Assembly (NCBI GenBank): GCA_050084985.1
Contig: JBITNC010000001.1
Location: 150,722,001 to 150,786,000 of the forward strand
Length of the DNA stretch: 64,000 nucleotides
Reading direction: 5' to 3'
From: Nageia nagi
Lineage: Eukaryota > Plantae > Pinophyta
A program made the position numbers and the translations under genes. This document shows, piece after piece, positions 42,400 to 56,500 of the stretch (the first letter of the stretch is position 1; every line of letters begins with the position of its first letter). Under the pieces are notes generated by a model that saw nothing but the letters and a program-made list of their open reading frames with translations, did no database searches and had not been told where the DNA came from.

Positions 42400-42878
42400 T
42401 GTTATAAAATTATATATTACGGAGCAATGGAACACATAAAATATTGTAGAAATATAAACACAGAAAATGCATAAACAAGAGAGACACAGATATACGTGGT
42501 TCACCCAGTTTGGGCTATGTCCATCCCGAACAGCCAGTCCTTCCTTTCTATTATCCAGCAAAATGAAGAGATACAACCTACAGCAGATCCACTGTAATAT
42601 CCTCTATTTTCTCTCACAGTCTCACGTCTCTATTTCTTGCTCACCCAATTGCATATCTATTACAATGCCCTCATACAAAGAGAGGGGTTGCCATCTAGGG
42701 AAAAAAAAAACCTAAACTAAACATAAGTTCTACCGTTAGATCATCCACCTAATGAATGGCCCAGATTGACTAGAAATTACTATCCTGCAACCCCCCGCAT
42801 GGAGGGGTGTATAAACTTCCTGGGGTATACATCTGGCTAAAATAAAGAACTTTGAACAATCATGATCCACACACAACA
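42400..42878 (-). mobile_element. Solo LTR (479 bp), relatively young, inside the 3' LTR of element D
   Basis: TG..CA ends; perfect TSD TATTT (42395-42399 and 42879-42883); absent from the 5' LTR of D; retains several CpGs. Strand is inferred. Confidence 0.9.
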
Positions 42879-44329
42879 TATTTAAAACCAAAGTAATACA
42901 AAACTAAAACCATACACAACAAACACATCTAAAACATCACACAACATAAGATGTAACAAGGTTCACCAATTTGGCTACATCCTCAAAAATGATTGCTTGG
43001 ACTTCCATCCAAATCTAGCCTTTGCAAAGAAACAAATTTATAAATAATTTAACAACATCCACTGGAAGGAGTATCAACCCTTAATTTACTATCACCAATT
43101 GTATGGAAACACCAATCCCCTAATTTACCAGCACCAAGCACCAATTGGAAGGAGACACCAATCCCCTAATTTACTAGTGCCAACTGGAAGGAGCACCAAC
43201 CCCTAATGCTGAGCACCAACTTGGAAAATATATAAAACTATAAATAATATTAATCTTGATAATTAGATCCTAATTGGTATATCTCATAAATTATTTTCTC
43301 TAAAATTTATTTGATCTCTACAATCTTATCACATCATGCACAATGATGATCTCAACTTTGTAATCTTCTCACATCCTAGACATTGATGATCTTGACTCAG
43401 TATCTTAATTCTTTTCTTCAACACATAAACATATTGGATTCAACCATCTCTCACACCCTCAAAATAAACCATTGCTTTTATGGCCTTTTAAAGAAAGAAA
43501 AATGTAATCTAGCCTCCAAATGCACCTATGCTAACGAGCCTCCAAAATAACCCCTTACCAAAATGCCTTGAATGAAGGTCAAATATTTATAAAAGGTAGG
43601 CATATTTATATTCATTGGAAAGGTATATTAAAGGGATATCTAATGAAAAAATAATAAACTTAATTATATGCATTTATCAAAAGTTATACCCTTCCAAATA
43701 TAATTTATATTTTCTCAAATAATTCCACTTACTATCATCTTCCTTACAACCAACCAACATATCACAACATTATAATAAGTGCATTATAACTTCACTATTA
43801 TATTCCTAATAGAGTGTGTTAAAAACAATGACAATACCTTGCTCAATAATCTCCCCCTTTGGTATTGTTGGTAACACATGATTATTTTCTTGTGACTCTT
43901 CTCCCACTTTGATAATAATGACAAAGGGTTGCTATAAACTCCCTTGAATCCATGTATAATATTCTTAGGAATATAAAAAATATCAAGAATCACAAATAGG
44001 AGAAGAAAAAATAAAATAATGATTAATTTTTCCACTTATATTTAACTATTGTAAACCTTACACAATATATCAACCTCACTCGACATCATCAATTTTGTAA
44101 CAACATCATCATAGAAACAATAACATCCAAAAATGAACTTCATATAATAACTTTTACTCATCCTTACTACTTACTCACCATCCTTAGGAAACTCTTACAT
44201 AGTAGGAGCTTTAGAATTTTCTTAAATTACTCCCCTAAGGATGTGCTCCCATTGACCCTATTAATGTTGTGGAAGTGAGGCCACTTCCAACTCTTGTTTA
44301 GGATTACTCAATTGACCAATAAGATAAGT

Positions 44330-45779
44330 TTTCCTTGGACTTTCTTTCTCTAGAACTTCTTATGTCTATGTATGGATCTATCTTCTCCAACATGTCATAT
44401 ATATCCTTTTGGTGATTATCTTTGGTTCAGTCTTTGATCTTTGGATTATCTTCCCTCTTGTCTCTTCTTCCTTCTTTGAGGTTGATGGAACATATTGTCC
44501 TAACATCTTATAGATGTAAAAGGATTTATACAAAACCTTGCCATATGCCCATAAGCATTGTAGTTAAAATATTATATATCGTATTCAATTTGGATGGCAT
44601 ATAAACCTCTACCAGAATAATTCTTTGGTCTAATGTTTGCTATACAATTAGCTTCTTTATGACCATACTGGTGACACCTAAAGTATTGGACAATGTCATC
44701 TAGCATATACCTAAATGATCTTTGTATAACTAAGTATTTATTCATGAAACTTGACTTACATCTAGCTACCTTATGACCATATTTATTGCATTTTAAATAA
44801 TAACCATAAAATGCATTATCATATATAGGATGAGATTGATAAAACCTATTTTATTGATTTTGACTTACTACATATCTTCTTTGATAGCTTCTTTGTTCTT
44901 GTGGCCAACTTGATTGATGGTATTGATAAGTTTCTCATTAATATCTTCTCTTCTTGTTATTTGGTCTTCTATGCTTCAATTGATTATTTGTTCTTTTGTG
45001 CTCAACTTCCTTATCTTTTACCAAAACCTTTAATGATTCAACTTCATGCTCCTTTTTCCTTGTTACCACAGCATTAGAAGTATTCTTTTTTATATATTTA
45101 GAGGATAATGGTTGCTCTGAATCATATCCAAGACCAAACTTGATCTTGGGATCTCTTTTTTATTTCAGCATATCATCTAGAACCTTTAAGCTCTTCTCAA
45201 ATTTGATGCTAGTAGTTAATAGAAGATTGACCTCTTCTTGTTGTTTTTGCAATGATGCCATTTCCTCTTCAAGTTTGCAACATGTAGTATCTTTCTCATT
45301 GATTTGTAACTTGAGAGTTTCTTTAATCTTTTTGAACTCTTCTACTTGTATCTTTAGATCACTAACAACCTTTTTAGTTTCCTCTTCATGTTTATTGCAC
45401 ATTTATCATCCATGGGTGATCTCAAAGCTTCTTCCTTCTTTTTGGATGCCTCAAGTTGTAAGCATAAATATTCAATTTTATCACCATATTCTTACAACTT
45501 ATTGGATAGTATTTTATTCTTATTTCTTTCTATATTCAATTCTTCTAGTGCAACAATCAACTCTCCTTCCATATCTACTTCAACATCAAGCTCTTCATCA
45601 TAATCCTTTTCTTCTTCAATATCTCTTATATCTATTGAAAATAGTTCACTTGGTTTTTCTACAATATTTGCAATTGTAGATATGACTCTATAATTGGATT
45701 CTTCTAGTTTTACTTGAGAAGATTTGCATTCCCTTTTGTATGAGGATCTCTTCTTTCTACCCATTGTATCATAAACCAA
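44330..45779 (-). pseudogene. Partial gag of element D: coiled-coil, GLGY motif and three eroded CCHC knuckles
   Basis: EVDMEGELIVALEEL; LDDMLK*KRDPKIKFGLGY; YLKCNKYGHKVARC, YFRCHQYGHKEANC and YFNYNAYGHMARFC. Confidence 0.75.
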
Positions 45780-47559
45780 GATCTACCCTTATTGATTAAT
45801 CCTAACCTAGGAACCCACTCTGATACCACTTGTTAATTGCACAATGACACTAACAGGGGGTGAATCAGTGTAATAAATTAATTTCTCAATATTTAAAACC
45901 AAATTAATACAAAATTGAAACTAGACATAATAAACACATCTAAAACATCATACAATACAAGATATAATGATGTTCACTAATTTGGCTACATCCTTGAAAA
46001 TGACTGCTTGGACTTCCATCTAAATCTGGCCTTTGCAAAGCACCAACTTTACAAATAATTTATCAACACCCATTGGAAGGAGCACCAACTGGAAGGAGAT
46101 ACTAATCCCCTAATTTATTAGCACTAACTAGAAGGAGACACCAATCCCCTAATTTTCCAGCACCAATTGGAAGGAGCACGAACCCTTAATGTTGAGCACC
46201 AACTTTGTAGATATACAAAAATCTAAAAAAAAAAATATTGATCTTGATAATTAGACCTTGAGTGTTATAGCTTATAAATTCTTTCCTTTAAAATTTATCT
46301 AATCTTTGCAATCTTATCACATCATGCACATTGATGATCTCAACTTTGTAATCTTCTCACATCCTACACATTAATGATCTTGACTCTACATCTCAATTCT
46401 TTTCTTCAACACATAAACATATTGGATTCAACCATCTCTCACACCCTCAAAACAAACCCTTACATTTTTGGCCTTTTAAAGAAAGAAAAACATAATCTAG
46501 CCTCCCTAACACCCCCTATGCTAACGAGCCTCGAAAATGCCTTGAATGAAGGTAAAATATTTATAAAAGGAAGGCATATTTATATTCGTTGGAAAGGTCT
46601 CTTCAAGAGATATCTAATGAAGAAATAATCAACTCAATTAAATGCACCTATAAAAAGTTATTACCTTCCAAATATGATTGATATTTTCTCAAATAATGCC
46701 ACTTACAATCATCTTCCTTGCAACCAACCAACACATCACAACATTATAATAATTACATAATAACTTCACTAGTATATGCCCAATAGAGTGTGTTGACAAC
46801 AATGATAATACCTTGCTCAACATAGTCTATCCAAAAATTTAACTATTTGTCCACCTCAACATTTTTGTTCATGAGGGATAGGGAGCCTTATTATTTTATG
46901 GTAGGATTTTGAAAAAAAATATTTGTAAGTTCCAAGTCCTATAATTATTTTTCACACCTCACACTAGGCACCAAAATGTATGAAAAAGGTCTATTAATTA
47001 TTTTACCAAAATGTATGGAGATAGTCCCTCCATTAATTTTGTAAAATAGCAAAATAGCCTTTCACCTAATACAAAATACCAAAATAGTCCTTCATACCTT
47101 GATAAATTTATTTTCACCTATCCCTAGAATTTATTATTTGTAAAAACTAATATTCTTTAGTGAAAAATTCAAATTTAAATATATGAAATATTCCCTTACA
47201 AGATTCAAAAATAGTCAATTAATTTTCTAAAGCAATATAAGAATGCACATCAATTTTTTTAGCACACAAGTTTACCTGTGGAGATCACCCATCCTGCAAG
47301 GTAAATTTTGTTAGTATACACATGAACATTATACACATCACAGGGATCAAATATCAAGCATAACAATTATGATATGTATGAAGGCCCCTATGGGCTATCA
47401 ACAAATCAATACCAATCATTTCCTCACTCTTACCAATTCATTCCCATAACCAACTCATCTTTGGTTCCTTAGGGTCTCCAACCTGACTCCCGCTCTGATT
47501 CAACATGTAACCTATGTCATAACAACCTTGAAGATAGCATAAAATCAATAAAAATATTG

Positions 47560-50500
47560 CATATAATCATTCACTATTAGTCATCTCATAACATAAATAG
47601 TCTCAATCACATTCAAATTCCCAAAGGCATTTGGGTTATAATAAGTTCAATTAGGTAGGTCATTATAGACAAGATGGTAGGAAAAGTTCCCAACTTAAGA
47701 TAATATTTGAATTGGTGGTACCATAGGTCTTTAGATACAACATTTAGCTCATTAACCTATCCTATGTTTGGGAATCCTCTTGATACAAAAGTAACTCTAA
47801 AGAGGACTTGTACATAGTAATCACCTCTACATGTATGACCTTTCAAAATGGGTTTTGGGGAATCAAGGATCCCAGAGATGCCACTATATCTACAAATTGA
47901 TTTAAGGATCTAGAGGTAGCCTCAATATCATATGCTTTAAAATGTTCTAATAATATCTCAACCATAGCCTTTTAAATCTTAAGATAAGGTTGGTTACAAG
48001 CATATAATCCCTTGATCTAGTTGATAATTAGCAAAGAATCACCATATATTTGAGGTACTCATACTTCATCTCTATTACTAATTTTAGACCAAGGATGAGT
48101 GCTTCATACTTGGTATTATTATTCATGCACTCAAAGGATAATTTAAAACAAGCATGCATGTGCACACCTTGAGGCATTATAAACATTATCCCATATCCTC
48201 CCCCTTTTTTATAGCGATGTCCATCAAAATACATGGTCATGTCAAAATCCTCTTAGTCTATCTCCTTAATATTAAATGCACCAAATAGGTTGCTATCTGG
48301 CAACTCAATATGAAGAGTAATAGTATTTTATTGGGGTTTTTCTACCAATTAATCTGCAACCACCTGATCCTTGATATATTTCTAATTAATGAACTCAAGG
48401 TCAAACTCCATGAGAAATATGATACATTTTGCTACTCTAGCATTAAGCATAGTCTTGTTCATTATATATTTCAATGGATCCATATTGAAAATAACATAGG
48501 TCTTCTGATTAAGCATATAATATCTTATAAAGATAATTGCTAAGCATAATTTCTCAATATGTGCATATCTAGTTTCATACACCACTAGAGTATGAATCAG
48601 ATAGAAAATGGTCTACTCTCTTTTTGCTTTATTCTATTGGGCCAGCATCAAGCCCAAAGCAAAATCAATGTTAGAAATGTACAAGTGAAAGGGCACTCCC
48701 ATTGTAGGAGGAATAAGAGTAGGAGGATGCATAATATACTTCTTAATTGCATCAAATACCTCTTGACACTCTAAATCCCAAGAAAATTCAATATTCTTCT
48801 TCAATAATTTATTGAATAGTCTACACTTATCCAATAGTTATACTAGAAATCTTCTAATGGCCTGAATCTTACCCTGTAAACTTTAAACATGCTTCAACTT
48901 ATTTAAAGGATGCATTTCATTAATAGCATAAACCTTATTAGGATCAACCTCAATACCTCTCTTGGATACAATGAACCCTAATAGTTAATAGCATCCCAAA
49001 AATACATTTCCTAAGATTGACTCTAATATTGTACTCCAAAATTTTTTGCAATACCTTACACACCATCTCAAGGTGAGTCTTACGTATTTTAGTTTTTACA
49101 ATCAAGTCATACACATAATCCTCAACTATATTATGTATGTAGTTGTGTAGAATATAAGTCATGTCCCTACGATAGGTTGCTCTTGCATTCTTGAGACCAA
49201 ATGACATCACTCTATAATAATATGTCCCCCATGGAGTTGTGAATATCATTTTATGTTTACCCTCTTCTATAATCATGATTTGATTATATTCAAAGAATTC
49301 ATCCATTAGTGAAAACATCTCATGACTCATAGTGTTGTCAACTAAGGTGTCAATGTTGGGTTATATAAAATCATCCTTAGGACAAGCCTTGTTAACATCC
49401 CAAAAATCTATGTAAATTTTGATTCGATCATTTGGCTTGGGAACTATTACTATATTGGAAACCTACTCAAGATAAGCAATAGCCTCTATAAAGTTTTCAT
49501 CTAACATTTTTTGAAGCTCTACTTTTACCAACAATGCCTTTGTAGGATGCATTCAGCGAGGTTTTTGCTTTATTGGTTTAGCATCAGGTTTTAAATTCAA
49601 GTGATGCACTATAATGTTGGTATCCAACCCTAGCATATTCTAATACATGTAAGAAAATACTTTAACCCTCTTTTTTATCTCTATTAGTCATTCTGATAAC
49701 TCATCTTTCTCAAGCCCTTTACCAAACTAAACCATTTTCAGAATACTAGGATCATCTCCTAGGTCAATCTCAACTAACTTCTCTACTAGCATGTATGAGC
49801 TATTCTCCCACTGTTAGTTAAGATAAGACCAATACGTATCCTCACTTGGCTCATCATCATAGGGATCAACATGACTACAAGGAAAAATAAAACTATAATG
49901 GGTGGCAATATCAGTTGTAGGAATCATATCAAAATTAGCAGTATCTTGATCCACCACATGAATACTATCAAAATCAAGGGGATAAGAAAAAGGGAAAATC
50001 AAGGAGATTCCAACCATGTTAACTTATTTGAATAGAAAGGGAGGAATAAAACACTCAGACATTGACAAAGAGGGTGATTCACATAGTAAGTCCTCCTAAG
50101 AAGAGGCAAGTTCCTCATAGTCTCCCTCATCCTCTATCTCATGGATTTGGGTTATGGCTATTATAGTTCAAGGGCCTTTTAAACTAAGGTCTTATTTATC
50201 TTTATTGCCTTGAGTGGGTAATTGCATGACATGTATCATGCCTTTCTCATACCAACCTAAGCCAAATTCTTCCTATTTACACTTGGCAAAATAGTGTCAA
50301 ATAAAAGAAGATCTAGATAAATCATCAATTTTACATAAAAATACTTATTTAGATGAGACATTAAGGGTTTGGTAAGCTAGAAAATTAGGACCTATGTACA
50401 TAAAATAAGTTTGGTTATCTAATGGACCAAGTGGTACTAGAGTACCAATGGTCAAAGGATACTCTAATGAATGACCTACATCATGCAAAGACAAGACATT

Positions 50501-53500
50501 AAATATAATATCATCAATGGAATATTCATTGATGTTAATATTTTTTAATCTAGATATCCAATCATGAGATATGCTCATGATCATATGTGGATGGATCTTT
50601 CTTTTATTTTTTAGTGACAACTTGAAGATCTTCTTTAACCTCATTACTCTCCTCTATTTGAGTAATCAAACTTGGTTCACTTATAGAGGAGTTGGTTTGT
50701 TTAAGTTTTTTTTTAGGTATTTTTCTTGTGCCTTCAAAGATATTTCTTCTTGAAGCATAAGGGAAGGAATCATGAGTATATCTTTCTTAGGATCCTTATA
50801 GATTATTGTTGGATTAACATGCTTTTGCACATCTATGGAGCTTTGTTCATTTGTTATTGGGACTAGTTTATTAATTGATTTAATTTTTATTTATTTATAT
50901 TTCTCATTAAGAGTACTACCAAGAGACAAATGAATCTTGAGTAATGTGGATGATCTCAAGAAATATATGGGTGGATGAAAGGATGCTCCATTAGATAATT
51001 CAATAAGGTTACAATGGTTGAAATATTCCTCATCCATCCATATGTAATGCATGACTCCCTCCTCAAGATATTTCACATAACCATGTAATGTGAAATGGAC
51101 TCACTCCATCTCTCTAATCTAAGGTCTACCAAGTAGGAATTTATAATGATGTTCTCCCTCTATCACCTAAAATCATGCATGAATAGTCTTGAAACCCACC
51201 AAGATAGGCAAAATAATGCTACCTAATATATTGCACAATCGATTGTTGAATGCTCATAGAATAAGCATGGGAGCCTTAAGATGTGTCAAATTTAGACTAA
51301 ACTTGGCCAATGTTATTGAAGAAACCACACCGATGGATGATCCAACATCTATGAGAACCCTCTTGAAATATTTTTTATAAACTTGGGCTATTATGTGCAA
51401 GAGAGGATCCTTATATTTTTGATTTACCACATTACAAATCTCATGCTGAAAGAATGGAATGAAGGGATCAAAATTCGCTTGTACACTCCTAAGAAAGTTG
51501 AAAAAAATCATTTAAATTAGAGGCATCCAACTCTATAGTCTATAAATTCTAATCCAAATCCTCTCTTTATTGATGGGAATTTTTTATTAAGTCCCATAGA
51601 GACAATTTGATGGGTGTAAGTCTCAATTACTACTCTAAGTTGCTCTATAACTTCTCCTTGACATCCCACTATGTTAGAGGAGGAGGAGGAGGAGGAATAT
51701 GATTTGGCATACTAATATCCTCTCTAGTCCCCTCATGCGTTTTTTGTTGGCCTTTGCTCTTGTATTTATACTAGCTAGCCTTGGTGGCTACATCAACCAT
51801 CCCTACAAAATGCATTTATGCTTGTGCATATTCTCTTATTGTACATATTGTTACTAAATTCCATAATAATAGGGCACATTCTAAGTGGGAAAATATTAAT
51901 TGTAATTCCTAGTGGTAAAAACTTGATTCACATTCTGTTGAGACAACAGATTCAAATAGACTTGCAAGTTGGTGTTAGGATCCAAAGATGTACCATTAAG
52001 CACTAGCTTCCCTGAATTAATAAAACTTTGAATGACCTTATATAAATAAATGTGACAATTAGTATGATGGCCTTGCACCCTATAAAAATCACAAAACTCA
52101 TCATCCTTATATCATGGTTTAATGGCCCAAGAAAGATCCCATCAAACTTTTGATAATCTCAATAATTTAGTATCATTAAGTTTTCTAAAAATATTAGACA
52201 AATGTTTTCCCAATGGATCAAACTTCCTTTGTAGCCTAGAAGATTGCCCTTATTCTTGATTCTAATTCTTACCTTGTGACTGATTTTGATTGTAAGATTG
52301 ATTAGGTACATTCATTTGATTATTTTGTTGAAAATTTTACATTTGAGGTGGTGGTGGTGATTGGAGCATCAATTGATTGACTTAGGGCTTACCTCTATTA
52401 GTATCACCACTCTTGTTGGATCCATAATCTTGATTATTATTTTCTTTCTTGATCACCTTGATCTCGCCATTTTGAAGCATCAATTCCTTTTTAACCTTTT
52501 CTTGAGAAATTGCTTCCTCAAAGGTCCTATATTTTTGTATTTTAAGTTAAGTAGAGATTTTTTTAATACAACTTTTGCTAAATAATCTTACTAACTCCTC
52601 TTGAGGCAAAGAGAAGTTCATATTAGCAATCAAATATCACCACCTAGAAACATAATCAAAAATGGACTCTTAATCAAACTAAGACAACTTCATAAGATCA
52701 GTAATGGAAGCCCTCTTCTTTATATTGATTGAGAAATGTTCAATAAAGAGGTTCTCTAGTTGCTCAATTGTATACAAAATATGTTATAGTAGTGCATTGT
52801 ACTAATTCATAGCTTATTCCCCAAGAGTCATACAAATATTTATCAATAATAGAGTATTATCATTTGCAATTAAGTAGAAATCATGTTTAAAGTGTCTCAA
52901 ATACTCCTTAGGACCCTCTTTGCTCTTGAACTTATCTATTTTTGGCATCTCAAATATCTTGGTATATGAACTCATAGGAACCCAAGGATTTATTGGCTCG
53001 TTGCATATTTTTCTATAGCTAACTTTAGATAATCCTAGGTTATTAGTCCTTTCCTTTAGCTCTCATAATATTCTCATAATTTTACTCTCACTGTGCACAT
53101 TGGATCCTCCATAATGTGAATTTGATCCACCATCAGAGTGATTTGGGTTATTAAACAAAATCACTTTTCTCTCAAAATCATGAGCATTGGGGTTATAGAA
53201 TGTGCTTTGTTGTCCCCAAGATTATCCTTTTGTATTTTGCCCAAGATTTTGATTATATCCATGTTGTTGACCTTGGGGTTGATATTATGTATTAAGACCA
53301 TAACCTTGCTTAATTTATCCACTATTTTATTGCATAGTTTTACCTTGACCTTGTTATGCTCCTTGTAAGATATTATGATTTTGATTTGTACGTACATTGA
53401 CCATTTATTTTTGATACATAAGGTATTGCATTTTCCTAATCAATTATTACATCTTTTCCATGGATTGAGTTGAGGAACCTTGTTGGGGATTTTGTTGATT

Positions 53501-56500
53501 GGCACTTTGAAGTGTATTATGAGGTGAGTTTTGAGCTCCATAAAGATTTTGCATTTTTTTGTATCAAGCATTTTGATGTGGAGGGGTTTGGAAATAAGCC
53601 ATACCTTGGTTTGGACCACTTTAGGTGTTTTGTTGATTATACACAAAAGTTTAGCTAAGGCCATCCTAATCATCAAGATTGGCCTGGTTAGGTTGATCAA
53701 TATTGGGATTTTGGCCTTGTGGATCTACACTCCAAGAAACTTGCTTTTGTAAATTGAAACTATTAGTATTAGTGTTTTGGATATTGGGTGAATTTGGGTA
53801 GGCAATATGTTGGAAAGTATTAGCTTGATTAGAATTTATTTCCCTTTGGAATGGTGGAGGTGTATTGTGTTGAACAACATTTTGAAATTTTGGAGTTATA
53901 TTTTGGAAGTATTGTTGTTAAACCTTGGGTGGAGGTTAAGGGATTTTTGGATTCTCTTGTGATAACCTTCAATTGAATAATTCTTGTGCTTTTTGTATAT
54001 TTTGTTGAAAATTGAGCAAATCTATATTTGGTTGTACATTTTGCACAAATAGAGATTCTTTGGATTATTTAGGGGTTTTGAATGTGATTTCCTGGTTTGT
54101 GGATAATTTACATTCTTAAGGAGGGAACAGAACTTGACTAACATTTTGTGCATTTAGAGTTTGTGGTGGATTTGGATCATTTTTGAAGGGATTGAACTAT
54201 AAAGAACAATCCTAAACTACCAAGATCACATGAAAGCTCATAAATAACATCTAAATAACTCACAAAGCAATATCACAAAGATAACTCAAGATGTAAGTGG
54301 TTCCTTCAACTAGGAGTACATCCACTAGCTAGATCTCACTTCTTAACAAATATGAACTCTTACAATCCTCCTAAACACTATCCTATAGCATAAATTTACT
54401 CCACAAATTGGTGTGTGATTCAAAGAGGGGGCCTTCTATTTATATGCCAAAATCCCTCTTTGGATCACCCTTTTACCCAATGTACAAAAGCATGACATGC
54501 ACATCCTTTTACCCAAAGGGGCATGCTCATGAAATGGAGTGTAGGACAAGTTACATTATCATATTCACTTAAATACTTAAGGTATAAAATGATACCCTTA
54601 AGTATTATTGAACTTACATAGAAGATTATTTCATAACCTTTACAATAATGCATTATTCATTCTAACAATTTTGTGAGGTGACTAGTTGAGGATTTTTATT
54701 TTGAATTTGATTCATCATCTCTTGGTACCAATTGCATTCATTTAGATCTTTTTATTAAGTTTGGATGGAGATAGAGATGTACCAACAACTACTTGAGGCA
54801 CATTCTCATTCATTATGGCACTATTGTAATGGTTTGATCAAACTAAAATATTTCTAAGCATTCCTAAAACTTGTCGAGAAGCTTATGTTGTAGGACTAAC
54901 TGAATTGTGAACTTCCTCCATTACTCTTGCCATTTCAACAAGTGTGAGGCATTGGAAAGTTTGGAGAGCCTTATGAAATCCAATAGAGTAAGTGGCCACA
55001 CTAGTAGTTGGCTCCTTCTTTATCTCAATTGTATCATTCTTCTTCTTTTGAGATCTAGTTTCCACCATTCCAATTAAATAATCCTCATACCACATTGGAT
55101 ATTCAGATAGATCGAGATTCATTTTCATAAAACTACAATATGAAACTTTAAAAAACTATGAGTACAACTAGAGTGAAATTACAAAATAAGAATTAAACAA
55201 ACACAAAATACAAAGCTTATGGTATTTTCAAATTTATTCTTGTTTAGTTTGATGAAAATTTAAACAAACACTTGAGCTGATAATGTAAAATACATATGAA
55301 TATTGTAATGATTATAGATAGCGATTTTTGATTAGTTGCTCTAGTTTTTTCTTGGTTCAATTTGACTCTTTATCTTATTAATTTTGGTAGCTTTTAAATG
55401 CACTTATTCTTTATGACATAACCTTTTTTATGTTTTCCTAGACCAATGATATTAGTTAAGCATTTAGTAAGGTAAGGTATCAATCTTGTAGGGGTGTAGA
55501 TCATTTTGCAAGGGTTCTTTGGTACCCTCCATAGGAAGCTATCCCAAATGGAGGGGGGGATCCCACTTCGATTTTCTTATCTGAGTATGGGTTAGGATGT
55601 GGTAATCAAGTCCACATGCCTTGGTAACTCTCTAAGATTGTGAAGGATTTTAGTACAAAAAGTAAATATGAGATGCAATTTAATATGAAATGTACACTAC
55701 TCCCTCAACAATGTTTGCAATCCCTTCCCAAGTATGCTCTTTTTGATAACTTTTTTTTTTCAAATGAAATAGCTTTTTTGATGTACTCAACAAAGAACAA
55801 GCAAGTTCCATATAATCAAGTAAAATGCTAATTTAAGATATAAATTTTAAATCCAAAGTAGGTTTTTTGTTCATGCAACAATACCCCCCAAAGATGAATG
55901 CAATTTCACTACTACATAACACAAAATGAAGGCAATACTAGGATGAACCAAGCAATGAAACGATATGAATCAAGTGCGAAAAGAAATTCAAAGTCTTACT
56001 TGAACTCAAATGTTCCCTCCTACTCCAAGTGTAAAGCTTAATAGGTTACAAGTCCCTCCCAAATGAGAGATCTTTCAACAAACCAAGTCAATCACCAAGG
56101 CAAACTTGAAAAAATGAAAGCAACAATGGATGCACACTCTATCACAAGTGTAAACACATCCCCTAAGCCTTTACATAACTACTTTTGGTTGTGACAAGCC
56201 AAAAAACATTACCTTATTATAAATATTTTTCTAAAAATTGAAAATTTGGAACCCATTGGTTCTAGGCATGGTCTAACTCACATCTCGACTAAGTTTTGTA
56301 TAATAAAAAGTGTTCTTTATTTGTAGGCATGGTCTAACCCACATCTAGTTTGAGTTTTTTTTAGAAAAAATGCTCTCCATTTGTAGGCTTGATCTAACTT
56401 GCATCTAGTCTATCACCTTTCTAATGAAATCAGATCTCTATTTAGAGGCATGATGTGCCTGGGAGTTAATTTGGAGGTCAAAACTTACATTTTTTGGGAT

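Larger units (their letters stand above)
42335..46822 (-). mobile_element. Non-autonomous Sirevirus (SIRE/Maximus)-like Copia element D
   Basis: LTRs 45831-46822 (5') and 42335-43848 (3', with nested solo LTR); TSD TAGTT/TAGTC; PBS TGGTATCAGAGT at 45817-45828; PPT AAAGGGGGAGAT at 43849-43860 plus a second PPT-like tract near 43900; ATTCACCCCC near LTR 3' end; 36-bp repeats in the LTRs. Confidence 0.88.

Noticed and set aside
44996-45679. Longest ORF in the track (227 aa, plus strand)
   Set aside because: S/F/L-rich antisense shadow of the K/E-rich gag relic of element D.
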